Of a stretch of 25,123 bases of DNA, positions 7,791-19,053 are shown piece after piece. A program made the translations under genes and the position numbers. The DNA is from a virus (taxonomy: Duplodnaviria; Caudoviricetes), in the IMG/VR virus record IMGVR_UViG_3300044637_000106, positions 1-25,123 of that record. The stretch is one strand, 5' to 3'. Every line of letters begins with the position of its first letter. Position 1 is the first letter of the stretch. Under the pieces are notes generated by a model. The model was not told the origin of the DNA and made no database searches. It saw only the letters and a program-made list of their open reading frames with translations.

Positions 7791-8069
7791 ATGTTAGACA
7801 CCCTTGTAACTGTGGTTGATTCGCTGCCATTGGTGGCGGACACCCTCACAGCCGTTGCAGATACTGCAACAGTTGCTCAAAACGCACCGAACGAAGCGCC
7901 CGCTGCGTCTGGATGGTTCACTCCTGGAATTATCACCGAACTTCTCATCGCCTTCTTGGCTTTGGTGAAGATTGTTGTCAACCTCACCCCTACGGAGAGA
8001 GATAACAAAGTATTCGGTCTGTTTGATTCCGTGATCAACGCGATCATCCCAGACAGAAAGAAGGCCTAA
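7791..8069 (+). CDS. Holin-like membrane protein
   Basis: Hydrophobic segment GIITELLIAFLALVKIVVNL followed by TPTERDN, an amphipathic helix and a basic C-terminus. Confidence 0.6.
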   Translation: MLDTLVTVVDSLPLVADTLTAVADTATVAQNAPNEAPAASGWFTPGIITELLIAFLALVKIVVNLTPTERDNKVFGLFDSVINAIIPDRKKA

Positions 8070-8077
8070 CTAGCCTA

Positions 8078-8147
8078 GCCCTGTAAGCTCACGGGAGCCC
8101 CGACTAATAATCGGACGCGGCAGGTTCGATTCCTGCACAGGGCGCTA
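8078..8147 (+). tRNA. Aberrant tRNA, anticodon AAT (Ile), truncated D-loop; possibly a pseudogene
   Basis: GCCCTGT/ACAGGGC acceptor, GCTC-ACGG-GAGC D arm, CCGA-CTAATAA-TCGG anticodon arm, GCAGG-TTCGATT-CCTGC T arm. Confidence 0.65.
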
Positions 8148-8163
8148 CACCAATTCAATTAAA

Positions 8164-8238
8164 ATGATCCTTCACCTTTATTTCCAGTTGCTGGCTGACC
8201 GCATTGGCAATCAGGCTTGGTTCCACCTGTACTTCTAA
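8164..8238 (+). CDS. Possible 24-aa micropeptide MILHLYFQLLADRIGNQAWFHLYF
   Basis: ATG after an A-rich leader; fills the spacer between two tRNAs. Confidence 0.3.
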   Translation: MILHLYFQLLADRIGNQAWFHLYF

Positions 8239-8245
8239 TTTTTTT

Positions 8246-8317
8246 GCCCCAATAGCTTAACGGATAAAGCCTTCGCCTTCTAAGCGAATAATTCAGGTTC
8301 GATTCCTGGTTGGGGTA
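8246..8317 (+). tRNA. tRNA-Arg(TCT)
   Basis: Full cloverleaf, TTCGC-CTTCTAA-GCGAA anticodon arm, GGTTCGATTCC T loop. Confidence 0.92.
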
Positions 8318-8384
8318 CAATTCTTTGACGTACTGGTCTTTTTTCGCGTTCTGCACCTCTACGATTTAACGGGTGCGATTAACT

Positions 8385-8458
8385 GGGGGCGTAGCTCAGT
8401 TGGTTAGAGCAGGATGCTTATATCATCAAGGTTACAGGTTCGATTCCTGTCGCCCCTA
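8385..8458 (+). tRNA. tRNA-Ile(TAT)
   Basis: Full cloverleaf, GATG-CTTATAT-CATC anticodon arm, A73. Confidence 0.85.
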
Positions 8459-8492
8459 CTCTTGATGTCACAAATTGTGACCGCAAGAAAAC

Positions 8493-8568
8493 ACGTCAGT
8501 AGCTCAATTGGTAGAGCATCGGTCTCCAAAACCGATGGTTACAGGTTCAAGTCCTGTCTGACGCGCCA
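8493..8568 (+). tRNA. tRNA-Trp(CCA)
   Basis: TCGGT-CTCCAAA-ACCGA anticodon arm, G73, encoded CCA. Confidence 0.92.
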
Positions 8569-8569
8569 T

Positions 8570-8642
8570 GCTTCTGTAGCTCAATTGGTAGAGCAACTGA
8601 TTTGTACTCAGTAGGTTGAGGGTTCGACTCCTTTCAGAAGCT
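8570..8642 (+). tRNA. tRNA-Thr(TGT)
   Basis: GCTTCTG/CAGAAGC acceptor, ACTGA-TTTGTAC-TCAGT anticodon arm. Confidence 0.92.
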
Positions 8643-8648
8643 CTATAT

Positions 8649-8751
8649 AGTCAGGTAGTGGATAGGTAAACGGACTCAAGTTCGGTAAGTTGAAATGGAA
8701 CAACACTCATTAAGTAGACCACACTTTCAGGTTCGATTCCTGCCCTGACTA
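8649..8751 (+). ncRNA. tRNA-like RNA with expanded non-canonical core
   Basis: Perfect AGTCAGG/CCTGACT acceptor stem and CAGG-TTCGATT-CCTG T arm around about 70 nt that do not form standard D/anticodon arms. Confidence 0.6.
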
Positions 8752-8759
8752 CAAAACTC

Positions 8760-8834
8760 AGCCAGGTAGTTCAACTGGTAGAATGGCTGGCTTCATGCCA
8801 CTGAATGTAGGTTCGACTCCTACCCTGGCTGCCA
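8760..8834 (+). tRNA. tRNA with TCA anticodon (opal suppressor-like) or degenerate tRNA-Met
   Basis: AGCCAGG/CCTGGCT acceptor, GTTC/GAAT D stem, loop CT-TCA-TG at canonical spacing, GTAGG-TTCGACT-CCTAC T arm, G73 and CCA. Confidence 0.7.
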
Positions 8835-8866
8835 AACTCGGGAGTAAAACACGTCCAAACTCGGGA
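8832..8866. repeat. 12-bp direct repeat CCAAACTCGGGA x2
   Basis: Copies at 8832-8843 and 8855-8866. Confidence 0.7.
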
Positions 8867-8976
8867 ATTACCCTTGAGCATAATGCCTGATTGTTGATGC
8901 AAATGAAGTAAAAATGCATCATTATAGCTGCAATGACAATTCAATGAAGTAAAAAACCATCACGGTTATAAATAAA

Positions 8977-9603
8977 ATGAAAGTAAAACTTTTGTCCATC
9001 ACTCCCAATGCTGAAGAACACATTGTCGAGGTTGCACGTGTTTCTAGCTCTCGCGAGAATAAGAGGGATGATTATGAGTCTCTCATACGGTATCTGATCA
9101 AGCATAAGCATTGGTCTCCATTTGAGCATTCCTACCTGACATTTGAGATAGAGACCAGTAAGGCTATAGCCATACAGCTTTTAAGACATAGAAGTTTTAC
9201 CTTTCAGGAGTTCAGCCAGCGTTACCAAGACGTGAATCAGCTTGGCGATTTGTTTGAACCAGTAGAACTTCGATATCAGGCTTCAAGTAATAGGCAGTCA
9301 TCTACAGAATCAGTAAACAACTCGATTCTTGACAACAAGGTGAAGATGGTTCTTGCCGCTTGTGAGCAACTGTACAACAATCTCATTGAATGTGGGGTGT
9401 CTAGAGAGACTGCCCGTATGGTGTTGCCTCTTACCACTAAGACCAAACTTCACATGACTGGTAGCGTTCGCTCTTGGATCCATTTCTTAGATATACGAGA
9501 CGATGTTCACGCGCAGTTGGAGATTCAGTCGGTAGCAAAGGCGATAAAGGCTATATTTGCAGAACAGCTCCCCACCATAGGCAGGGCGCTAAAATTTAAT
9601 TAA
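8977..9603 (+). CDS. thyX: FAD-dependent thymidylate synthase
   Basis: HWSPFEH, RHRSFTFQEFSQRY (ThyX motif), ETARMVLP, HAQLEI. Confidence 0.96.
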   Translation: MKVKLLSITPNAEEHIVEVARVSSSRENKRDDYESLIRYLIKHKHWSPFEHSYLTFEIETSKAIAIQLLRHRSFTFQEFSQRYQDVNQLGDLFEPVELRYQASSNRQSSTESVNNSILDNKVKMVLAACEQLYNNLIECGVSRETARMVLPLTTKTKLHMTGSVRSWIHFLDIRDDVHAQLEIQSVAKAIKAIFAEQLPTIGRALKFN

Positions 9604-9612
9604 CTTCATCAC

Positions 9613-9786
9613 ATGAAGAATCTCGTTCTATTCGCTGGCATCGTTGCCGTGTTGTCCTCTTGCTCACCATCTCAGAACGTAGCGCGTAGCACGCGTTACT
9701 ACAAGCGGAAGGAGATGAACGCAAACGGACCCATGTTTCCAGGTTCAAGGCCTTGCTGTGTGGGCTGCTTGCAAGTACATTTCTAA
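9613..9786 (+). CDS. 57-aa lipoprotein (absent from the ORF track)
   Basis: MKNLVLFAGIVAVLSS-C signal peptide II with an LSSC lipobox. Stop overlaps the TerL start (TAATG). Confidence 0.75.
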   Translation: MKNLVLFAGIVAVLSSCSPSQNVARSTRYYKRKEMNANGPMFPGSRPCCVGCLQVHF

Positions 9787-11903
9787 TGTCTACTCTGGTT
9801 AAGATAGAAGGTTATAAGGATCTAGCTATAAAGATTGATCCAAACGGTACTGAAGGGGAGGTCGTGGAAATGCACGGCCTCCTTATCGTTTTACCCAAAA
9901 GGCCGCCAAAGAACCAGATCTTGTTTCACGACAAGAAGAAGGCAGATCAGTATTGGACTAGACTTCCTGTCCCTCAGGAGATGGCTAAGATTAAAAGTTT
10001 TGACGAGTGGAATGAGAAGCCAGAGATGTTTAGGGACAGATACTCTTCGTTTATTGAAAGAGAGTTTGAATACAGGAGAAACGGTGTTTGGTTCTACAAC
10101 AATGGTGTCCCAACATATATCACTGGTAGGCACTATATGTTTTTGCAGTGGTCTAAAATAGACGTCGGTTTCCCTAGTTATTTTAGCTTTCAACGTGAAA
10201 TATTTATCCACTTGGCTGCGTGCGAAATCGATCCCCGTTGTTTCGGTCAGCTATATACTAAGTGTCGTCGCTCTGGCTACACTAACATCTGTTCTAGCAT
10301 ACTTGTGGACGAGGGCACGCAGGTTAGCGACAAGTTGCTGGGCATTCAGTCAAAGACTGGTAAAGATGCTCAAGAGAATATCTTTATGAAGAAGGTCGTT
10401 CCGATCTTCACCAACTACCCTTGGTTCTTCAAGCCTATCCAAGACGGTACTACCAACCCGCGTATGGAGTTGGCGTTCCGTGAGCCAGCCAAGAGAATCA
10501 CCAAGAAGAACAAGACGACCACCGTTGGTGACGCTTTGAATACGGTGATCAACTGGAAGAACACCACGAACAACGCATACGACGGTGAGAAGGTCCACAT
10601 ATTATATCTAGACGAAGCGGGGAAGTGGGAGAAGCCTACGGATATCAGAGAGGCATGGAGGATCGAGCGTACGTGTCTGCTGGTGGGTAACAAGATTATC
10701 GGGAAGGCTTTGGTGGGGAGTACAGTGAACCCTATGGATAAGGGGGGCGACGAATACAAGCACTTGTGGAATGACAGCAACCCGCAGGAGCGTAACGCCA
10801 ACGGAAGAACTAAAAGCGGTCTGTACAGAATCTTTATCCCCGCTTACCACGCGCTAGAAGGATTCTTCGACAAGTATGGGGAGGCGGTGGTAGAGAACCC
10901 AGAGTCACCAGTAGAGAGCATCGAGCAGGGGATGTTTGTAACTAGCGGAGCAAAGGAATACCTGAAGAACGAAAGGGACGGGCTGAAGCACGACTCCTCT
11001 CAACTAAACGAAGTCATCAGGCAGTTTCCATTTACGGAGGACGAAGCATTCAGGGATAGCATTGACGGTAGCCTGTTCAACATCGGGAAAATCTACGAAC
11101 AGATAGAACACAACCAAGATATGTTCCCAAACCCTGTGGTAAAGGGCAACTTTATCTGGGAGAAGAAAGACGAGAAGGTAGTGTTCTCACCAGACATCAA
11201 CGGAAGGTTCCGAGTTGCGTGGTTGCCCCCAGAAGAGGAACGATGTGTGGTGAATGAATATAGGGGTCAGCGTGTAGCCCCGTTTGCTGTTTACGGGTGT
11301 GGGGGCGTGGACTCGTATGACATCGACGCAACGCTAGACGGAAGAGGATCGAAGGGTGCTATGCATATGTACAACAAGTTTTCTATGAACAGACCTAGCA
11401 ATATGTTCGTCGTGGAGTATTCCTCTCGACCAGACCTTGCCAAGATCTTCTACGAGGATGTGTTGATGTGTGCGTTCTTCTATGGATATCCATTGCTCAT
11501 AGAAAACAACAAGTATGGTATCGTAAGGTATTTCGAGAGCAGGGGATATGACGGGTATGTGATGGATAGACCAGACCACCTGCGTTCGTCTTCTTCGCAC
11601 GTCAACGTAAAGACGAAGGGCATCCCGTCAAACTCTCAGGACGTGATCCACGCGCACGCGCAAGCGATAGAACACTACGTGCATAATCATGTAGGTATAA
11701 ACTACGAGACAGGGGAACACGGAAATATGTATTTCGATAGGACGCTAGAGGAGTGGATTGCCTTTAAGATCGACAAGCGAACCAAGTACGACTTGACAAT
11801 CAGTTCTGGCCTAGCTCTTTTGGCTGCTCAGAAGCCGAATGCCAAGCCCAAGGCCGTATTCGATGACAAGGTATTCTTTAGGAAATATAGGGCAATAGGT
11901 TGA
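9786..11903 (+). CDS. terL: Terminase large subunit (crAss-like type)
   Basis: KCRRSGYT Walker A-like, YLDEAGKW Walker B, GST coupling motif, nuclease GGVDSYD...IENNK...DLTISSGLAL. Probable ATG at 9786. Confidence 0.92.
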   Translation: MSTLVKIEGYKDLAIKIDPNGTEGEVVEMHGLLIVLPKRPPKNQILFHDKKKADQYWTRLPVPQEMAKIKSFDEWNEKPEMFRDRYSSFIEREFEYRRNGVWFYNNGVPTYITGRHYMFLQWSKIDVGFPSYFSFQREIFIHLAACEIDPRCFGQLYTKCRRSGYTNICSSILVDEGTQVSDKLLGIQSKTGKDAQENIFMKKVVPIFTNYPWFFKPIQDGTTNPRMELAFREPAKRITKKNKTTTVGDALNTVINWKNTTNNAYDGEKVHILYLDEAGKWEKPTDIREAWRIERTCLLVGNKIIGKALVGSTVNPMDKGGDEYKHLWNDSNPQERNANGRTKSGLYRIFIPAYHALEGFFDKYGEAVVENPESPVESIEQGMFVTSGAKEYLKNERDGLKHDSSQLNEVIRQFPFTEDEAFRDSIDGSLFNIGKIYEQIEHNQDMFPNPVVKGNFIWEKKDEKVVFSPDINGRFRVAWLPPEEERCVVNEYRGQRVAPFAVYGCGGVDSYDIDATLDGRGSKGAMHMYNKFSMNRPSNMFVVEYSSRPDLAKIFYEDVLMCAFFYGYPLLIENNKYGIVRYFESRGYDGYVMDRPDHLRSSSSHVNVKTKGIPSNSQDVIHAHAQAIEHYVHNHVGINYETGEHGNMYFDRTLEEWIAFKIDKRTKYDLTISSGLALLAAQKPNAKPKAVFDDKVFFRKYRAIG

Positions 11904-11908
11904 TTACG

Positions 11909-11916
11909 TATATTTG
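11909..11916 (+). promoter_or_regulatory. Bacteroidota -7 promoter element (TATATTTG) upstream of the portal gene
   Basis: Exact TAnnTTTG match in the terL-portal gap. Confidence 0.6.
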
Positions 11917-11945
11917 TGGGGTTACGTTTAGTATCTTCCCATATA

Positions 11946-14333
11946 ATGTACAACAAGGATAAGAAAAATACTGGCGGCTTTCCAGACCCCTTGGCCCCTA
12001 TGGAGGTAAAGCAGTCGGAAGAATATGGCCTTCAGTATGCCAAAGCGATTGAGAACCAGTGGGGTAAGTTAAACTCAACCGACTCTCTCTTCAGCCGTAG
12101 GAACGTGATGTTCGAGCGTTGTAGAAACTATGCTAACGGAACGCAAGACACTTCTATTTACAAGAAGCTTCTGCATACCCTCGATCCAAATAGCAACGAC
12201 GGCAGCCTTGTAAATTTGGATTATACCCCTGTTCCAATCCTCCCCAAGTTTAATCGGGTGGTGGTGAACAAGATCTTGTCTAGAGACCCCTATCCAAACC
12301 TTGAGGCAATCGATCCTCTGTCCTCTTCTGAGAAGAACAAGCGAAAGAAGGTTATCGAGTTGCAAGTTCAGTCTAGGCAGCAGCTTATCCAACTGAAGGA
12401 GCAGACGGGCATGGTGCTTGGGATGGAGCCAGAGCAAATCCCTGAGACGCTGGAGGAAGCTGAAATCTTCATGGGGACAAATGTCAAGACGGACGCAGAG
12501 GTGACAGCACAGATTGCTACAAACCTCACGCTGTCTTGGAACAACTTCAACGACAACACGTACAGACGTTGTGTCAACGACCTGTCTAGCTTGGGTATGG
12601 CTGTAGCAAAGCGTAGCAACGATCCCAACTACGGCATCAAGGTTGACTATGTCGACCCATCTAGATTCGTACACAGCTATACGGAAGACCCGAACTTTGA
12701 CGACATCGTATACGGTGGCCACGTTAAAAGAATCACAATCAACGAGTTGCGTAGAATCTCCAACGGAAGCCTCGACGAAGAGAAGCTGAAGAAGATTGCT
12801 ACGAAGGTTCGCAACCAGTATAACAACGATCCGTACAGCATTGACAAGTTCCATTACGACGACAGACTCAAGCGTAACGTATATGGGTACGACGAGTACA
12901 TGGTTGACGTTATGGACTTTGAGTTCTTGTCTGTAGACAATATGTACTTTGAAGAGAAGGAGAACAGATACGGCAATTCAAACTTCTTCTACAAGGGATT
13001 CGAGTACACCCCTAAGGCTGGGAGCGTATACGAGAGAAAGCCTAGCATGATGACGATAACTACTGTCTATGCTGGTAGTTATATCCTTGGGTGCGAAGAC
13101 TATCTCTTCAACTACGGAAGATCTATAAACGTCCCAAAAAACATCCACGACATCACTAGGGCCAGGCTTTCATATTCTGTGATTGCTACGAACCTGACGA
13201 ACATGATGCCGAAGGGGATGGTGGACAGCTGTATCGGCTTTGCTGATATGATTCAGCTGACTCACCTGAAGATCCAACAGGCTATTGCCAAGGCAAAACC
13301 AGACGGTCTTATCATCGACATCGAAGGGTTGGAGAATGTGCAGCTTGGAAAGGGCGGTGAGATGCAGCCCTTGGACTTGCAGGACATCTACGAACAGACT
13401 GGTGTCTTCTACTACAGAAGCAAGAACCCTGAGGGAGGATTCCAGAACCCACCCATCAGAGAGATAAATAATACAATCAGAAACATAAACGAGCTGATTG
13501 GAATCTACAACCATTATCTAAGACTGATTCGAGATGTTACTGGTATCAACGATGTTATGGATTCTTCTTCCCCCAAGGGCGAAGCGCTCGTTGGGGTTCG
13601 TGAACAGGCGCTCGCGGCTGCAAACAATGCTATCTATGATATCACGAATGCCGCTATGGTTCTTTACAAGAAGGTCTGTGAGGATATTGTAAAGTGCGTG
13701 CAGATCCTCCCAAAGGATTCAGTTATCTACAGGGTATATGAGACGGCTATTGGGAAGGAGAACATGAGTATTATTACTTCATTTGAAGACCTCCCTATGT
13801 ACAACTTCGGTGTGCAGGTGGTGAAGGACATGGAGGATAAGGATCGTCAGTACCTAGAGCAAAACATCCAGATCTCTTTGCAGCAGAAAGAACTGGACAT
13901 TGAAGATGCTATTGCGATACGCAACATGAAGGATGTGAATCAGGCGGAACTGCTTTTGATTAGCAGACGCAAGAAGCGTATCCAGCGTATGCAGGATCAA
14001 GCAGAGCAGAACTCTAGAGTGCAGGCTGAGTTGCAACAGCAGTCTGCTGCTGCGGCTTCACAGGCTAAGATGCAAGAGATGCAGATGCAAGCTCAGATAG
14101 AAGCACAGAAGATCCAGTTGCAGACGGAGGCAGAAGCACAGCTTGAACAGCTTAGACATCAGGGCCGTATGCAGGTGGAGATGCTCAAGGCACAGGCCAT
14201 GCTTGGATTCAAGACTGACGAGAAAGACTTTAAAGAAAAGCTTGAAGTGTTCAAGGAAGACAGAAAGGATTCTCGTGTAACAAAGCAAGCGCAAGAACAA
14301 AGCAGACTTATCGAACAAAGAAAAACAATATAA
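11946..14333 (+). CDS. Portal protein (crAss-like type)
   Basis: About 795 aa directly after terL, helical, with a Q/E-rich C-terminal coiled coil. Probable ATG at 11946. Confidence 0.88.
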   Translation: MYNKDKKNTGGFPDPLAPMEVKQSEEYGLQYAKAIENQWGKLNSTDSLFSRRNVMFERCRNYANGTQDTSIYKKLLHTLDPNSNDGSLVNLDYTPVPILPKFNRVVVNKILSRDPYPNLEAIDPLSSSEKNKRKKVIELQVQSRQQLIQLKEQTGMVLGMEPEQIPETLEEAEIFMGTNVKTDAEVTAQIATNLTLSWNNFNDNTYRRCVNDLSSLGMAVAKRSNDPNYGIKVDYVDPSRFVHSYTEDPNFDDIVYGGHVKRITINELRRISNGSLDEEKLKKIATKVRNQYNNDPYSIDKFHYDDRLKRNVYGYDEYMVDVMDFEFLSVDNMYFEEKENRYGNSNFFYKGFEYTPKAGSVYERKPSMMTITTVYAGSYILGCEDYLFNYGRSINVPKNIHDITRARLSYSVIATNLTNMMPKGMVDSCIGFADMIQLTHLKIQQAIAKAKPDGLIIDIEGLENVQLGKGGEMQPLDLQDIYEQTGVFYYRSKNPEGGFQNPPIREINNTIRNINELIGIYNHYLRLIRDVTGINDVMDSSSPKGEALVGVREQALAAANNAIYDITNAAMVLYKKVCEDIVKCVQILPKDSVIYRVYETAIGKENMSIITSFEDLPMYNFGVQVVKDMEDKDRQYLEQNIQISLQQKELDIEDAIAIRNMKDVNQAELLLISRRKKRIQRMQDQAEQNSRVQAELQQQSAAAASQAKMQEMQMQAQIEAQKIQLQTEAEAQLEQLRHQGRMQVEMLKAQAMLGFKTDEKDFKEKLEVFKEDRKDSRVTKQAQEQSRLIEQRKTI

Positions 14334-14335
14334 TC

Positions 14336-14785
14336 ATGGCTGGCAGAGTAAGTCTAGATAACGCAGACAAGCTGGATATCGTCTGCAAAAAGGGGGATAC
14401 GTTTAAGCTCAACCTGAAGTTGAAGGACAGCGATAGCGTTCCAATTGAACTCTCTACCCTTGGGTATACGTTTGTGATGCAGGTGAGGGAGAAGAGTACG
14501 GTTACTACGTTCCCTGTAGAAATCGTGACGAAGGGTAATGTTATAATCAGTTCTCCTGATGCTATAGAGACGCAGGACATAAATGGTACTCAGTACACTA
14601 ACAAGAGTTTTGATCCGATTACGGTTGATGATAGTGGCAACGTGTTGATTACCGCCAGCCATAACGTTATGAAAGAAATTGTCCCTGGTAAGTACGTCTA
14701 CGATATTCAGTCTGTAGTTGCTGGGGAATACAAGACAATTCTGAGGGGAGCATTTATCGTAAACACCGACATAACTGAAGTGTAA
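14336..14785 (+). CDS. Ig-like/BppU-N-like structural adaptor protein
   Basis: KGDTF.L.L...D...YT..MQ.R...GKYVYDIQ...T.L.G.F.V..DIT pattern, commonly seen before phage fibre genes. Confidence 0.6.
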   Translation: MAGRVSLDNADKLDIVCKKGDTFKLNLKLKDSDSVPIELSTLGYTFVMQVREKSTVTTFPVEIVTKGNVIISSPDAIETQDINGTQYTNKSFDPITVDDSGNVLITASHNVMKEIVPGKYVYDIQSVVAGEYKTILRGAFIVNTDITEV

Positions 14786-16074
14786 TGCCGATCAATATTC
14801 TTGATACGGATTCTATTACAGTAGAGGTATCTATCCCTGCCGTTAGAGGGACAGATGGACCGACTGGTGCTACGGGGCCAACTGGTCCTGCTGGAGGTCC
14901 TATCGGTCCTACTGGATTAACAGGCGCTACTGGCGCTGACTCAACTGTTGCTGGCCCTACTGGTGTTACAGGGGCTACTGGAGCAACTGGCGCGACAGGC
15001 GCTACAGGTGATACTGGCCTAACAGGGGCTACAGGCTCCACAGGGGCTACTGGTGCGACAGGTTCTACAGGCGCTACTGGTCCAACGGGAGCCACTGGTG
15101 CAACAGGTGTTGGTGGAACTCCAGGTGGAGTGACTAACTCTGTTCAGTTCAATAACGGATCTGCATTTGCTGGTGGTACGTCCTTGGTTTGGATTGCTTC
15201 TACCTCTAGACTTGGGGTGAATGTTGCATCTCCAACTGTTTCGTTAGATGTAAGTGGAAACACCAAGATAAACGGAAAGCTAAACTTAAACACAGGCACA
15301 AATAATACGATAGCTGGTGATTCTGCTGGCAGCTCTATTACCACTGGGTCTGACAATGTTTTCATTGGCACTGGATCTGGATTTTCTGTTACCAGCACTG
15401 GTAGTCAAAACACGTTTGTTGGGACATATGCTGGATTCAGGAACAATGCTACTTCAAACACTGCTGTTGGTATATATGCTTTTTATGGTGGATCATCAAG
15501 CAATAGTTCTTTTGATAATACTTGTGTAGGTAACGCTTCTTTGTTTAATGTCACTAGCACATATTTTAATACTTGTATTGGGACTAGAACTGGGTATAAC
15601 ATAACAACTGGAGCTAGCAATACAATAATAGGTCACTATGCTGGTGAGAACATAACTACTGGTAGTAGCAATGTATTTCTTGGCAAAGGTGCTGGAGGAC
15701 AAGAAACTACAGCATCAAACAAGTTATATATAGCTAACACAAACACAACTACCCCATTAGTATATGGTGAGTTTGACAACTCTTTAGTTCGATTTAGAAA
15801 CGTAGTTCAGATATATGGAACTGGCACAAGTTCTTCTAGTACCCCGTTGTATGTTCAAGACGGTAGCTCTGCAAACCTTCTTACAGTAAGAGCAGACGGG
15901 GCATTTGCATTTAAAGGAGGTACTGTGGGAGTTGCTCAAACAGGATACACCACGTTCACTAACCTAACCACTGATCGCACCTGTGATGCAGACACAGTGA
16001 CTACAGCTGAGTTGGCTGACATTGTAGGTACGTTGATTGTGGATTTGAAAGCAAAAGGAATTATAGCGACATAA
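14785..16074 (+). CDS. Collagen-like fibre protein 1 (Gly-X-Thr repeats plus NTxIG beta-roll repeats)
   Basis: GAT/GPT/GST triplets at about aa 22-113, then repeated NT.(I/V)G..(A/S)G units of trimeric-adhesin type. Confidence 0.85.
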   Translation: MPINILDTDSITVEVSIPAVRGTDGPTGATGPTGPAGGPIGPTGLTGATGADSTVAGPTGVTGATGATGATGATGDTGLTGATGSTGATGATGSTGATGPTGATGATGVGGTPGGVTNSVQFNNGSAFAGGTSLVWIASTSRLGVNVASPTVSLDVSGNTKINGKLNLNTGTNNTIAGDSAGSSITTGSDNVFIGTGSGFSVTSTGSQNTFVGTYAGFRNNATSNTAVGIYAFYGGSSSNSSFDNTCVGNASLFNVTSTYFNTCIGTRTGYNITTGASNTIIGHYAGENITTGSSNVFLGKGAGGQETTASNKLYIANTNTTTPLVYGEFDNSLVRFRNVVQIYGTGTSSSSTPLYVQDGSSANLLTVRADGAFAFKGGTVGVAQTGYTTFTNLTTDRTCDADTVTTAELADIVGTLIVDLKAKGIIAT

Positions 16075-16077
16075 TAG

Positions 16078-19049
<2,972 letters not shown>

Positions 19050-19053
<4 letters not shown>

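Noticed and set aside
8159-8614. ORFs 8159-8356 (-) and 8414-8614 (+)
   Set aside because: They overlap well-formed tRNA genes.
8760-8834. Selenocysteine tRNA
   Set aside because: 75 nt with a 7-bp acceptor stem and a short variable loop; tRNA-Sec needs an extended acceptor stem and a long variable arm.
9753-9785. ORF-track N-terminal extensions of terL (9753), portal (11916), 2744, 19020 and 20343
   Set aside because: Downstream ATGs have better support from stop-start coupling or adjacent promoter motifs.
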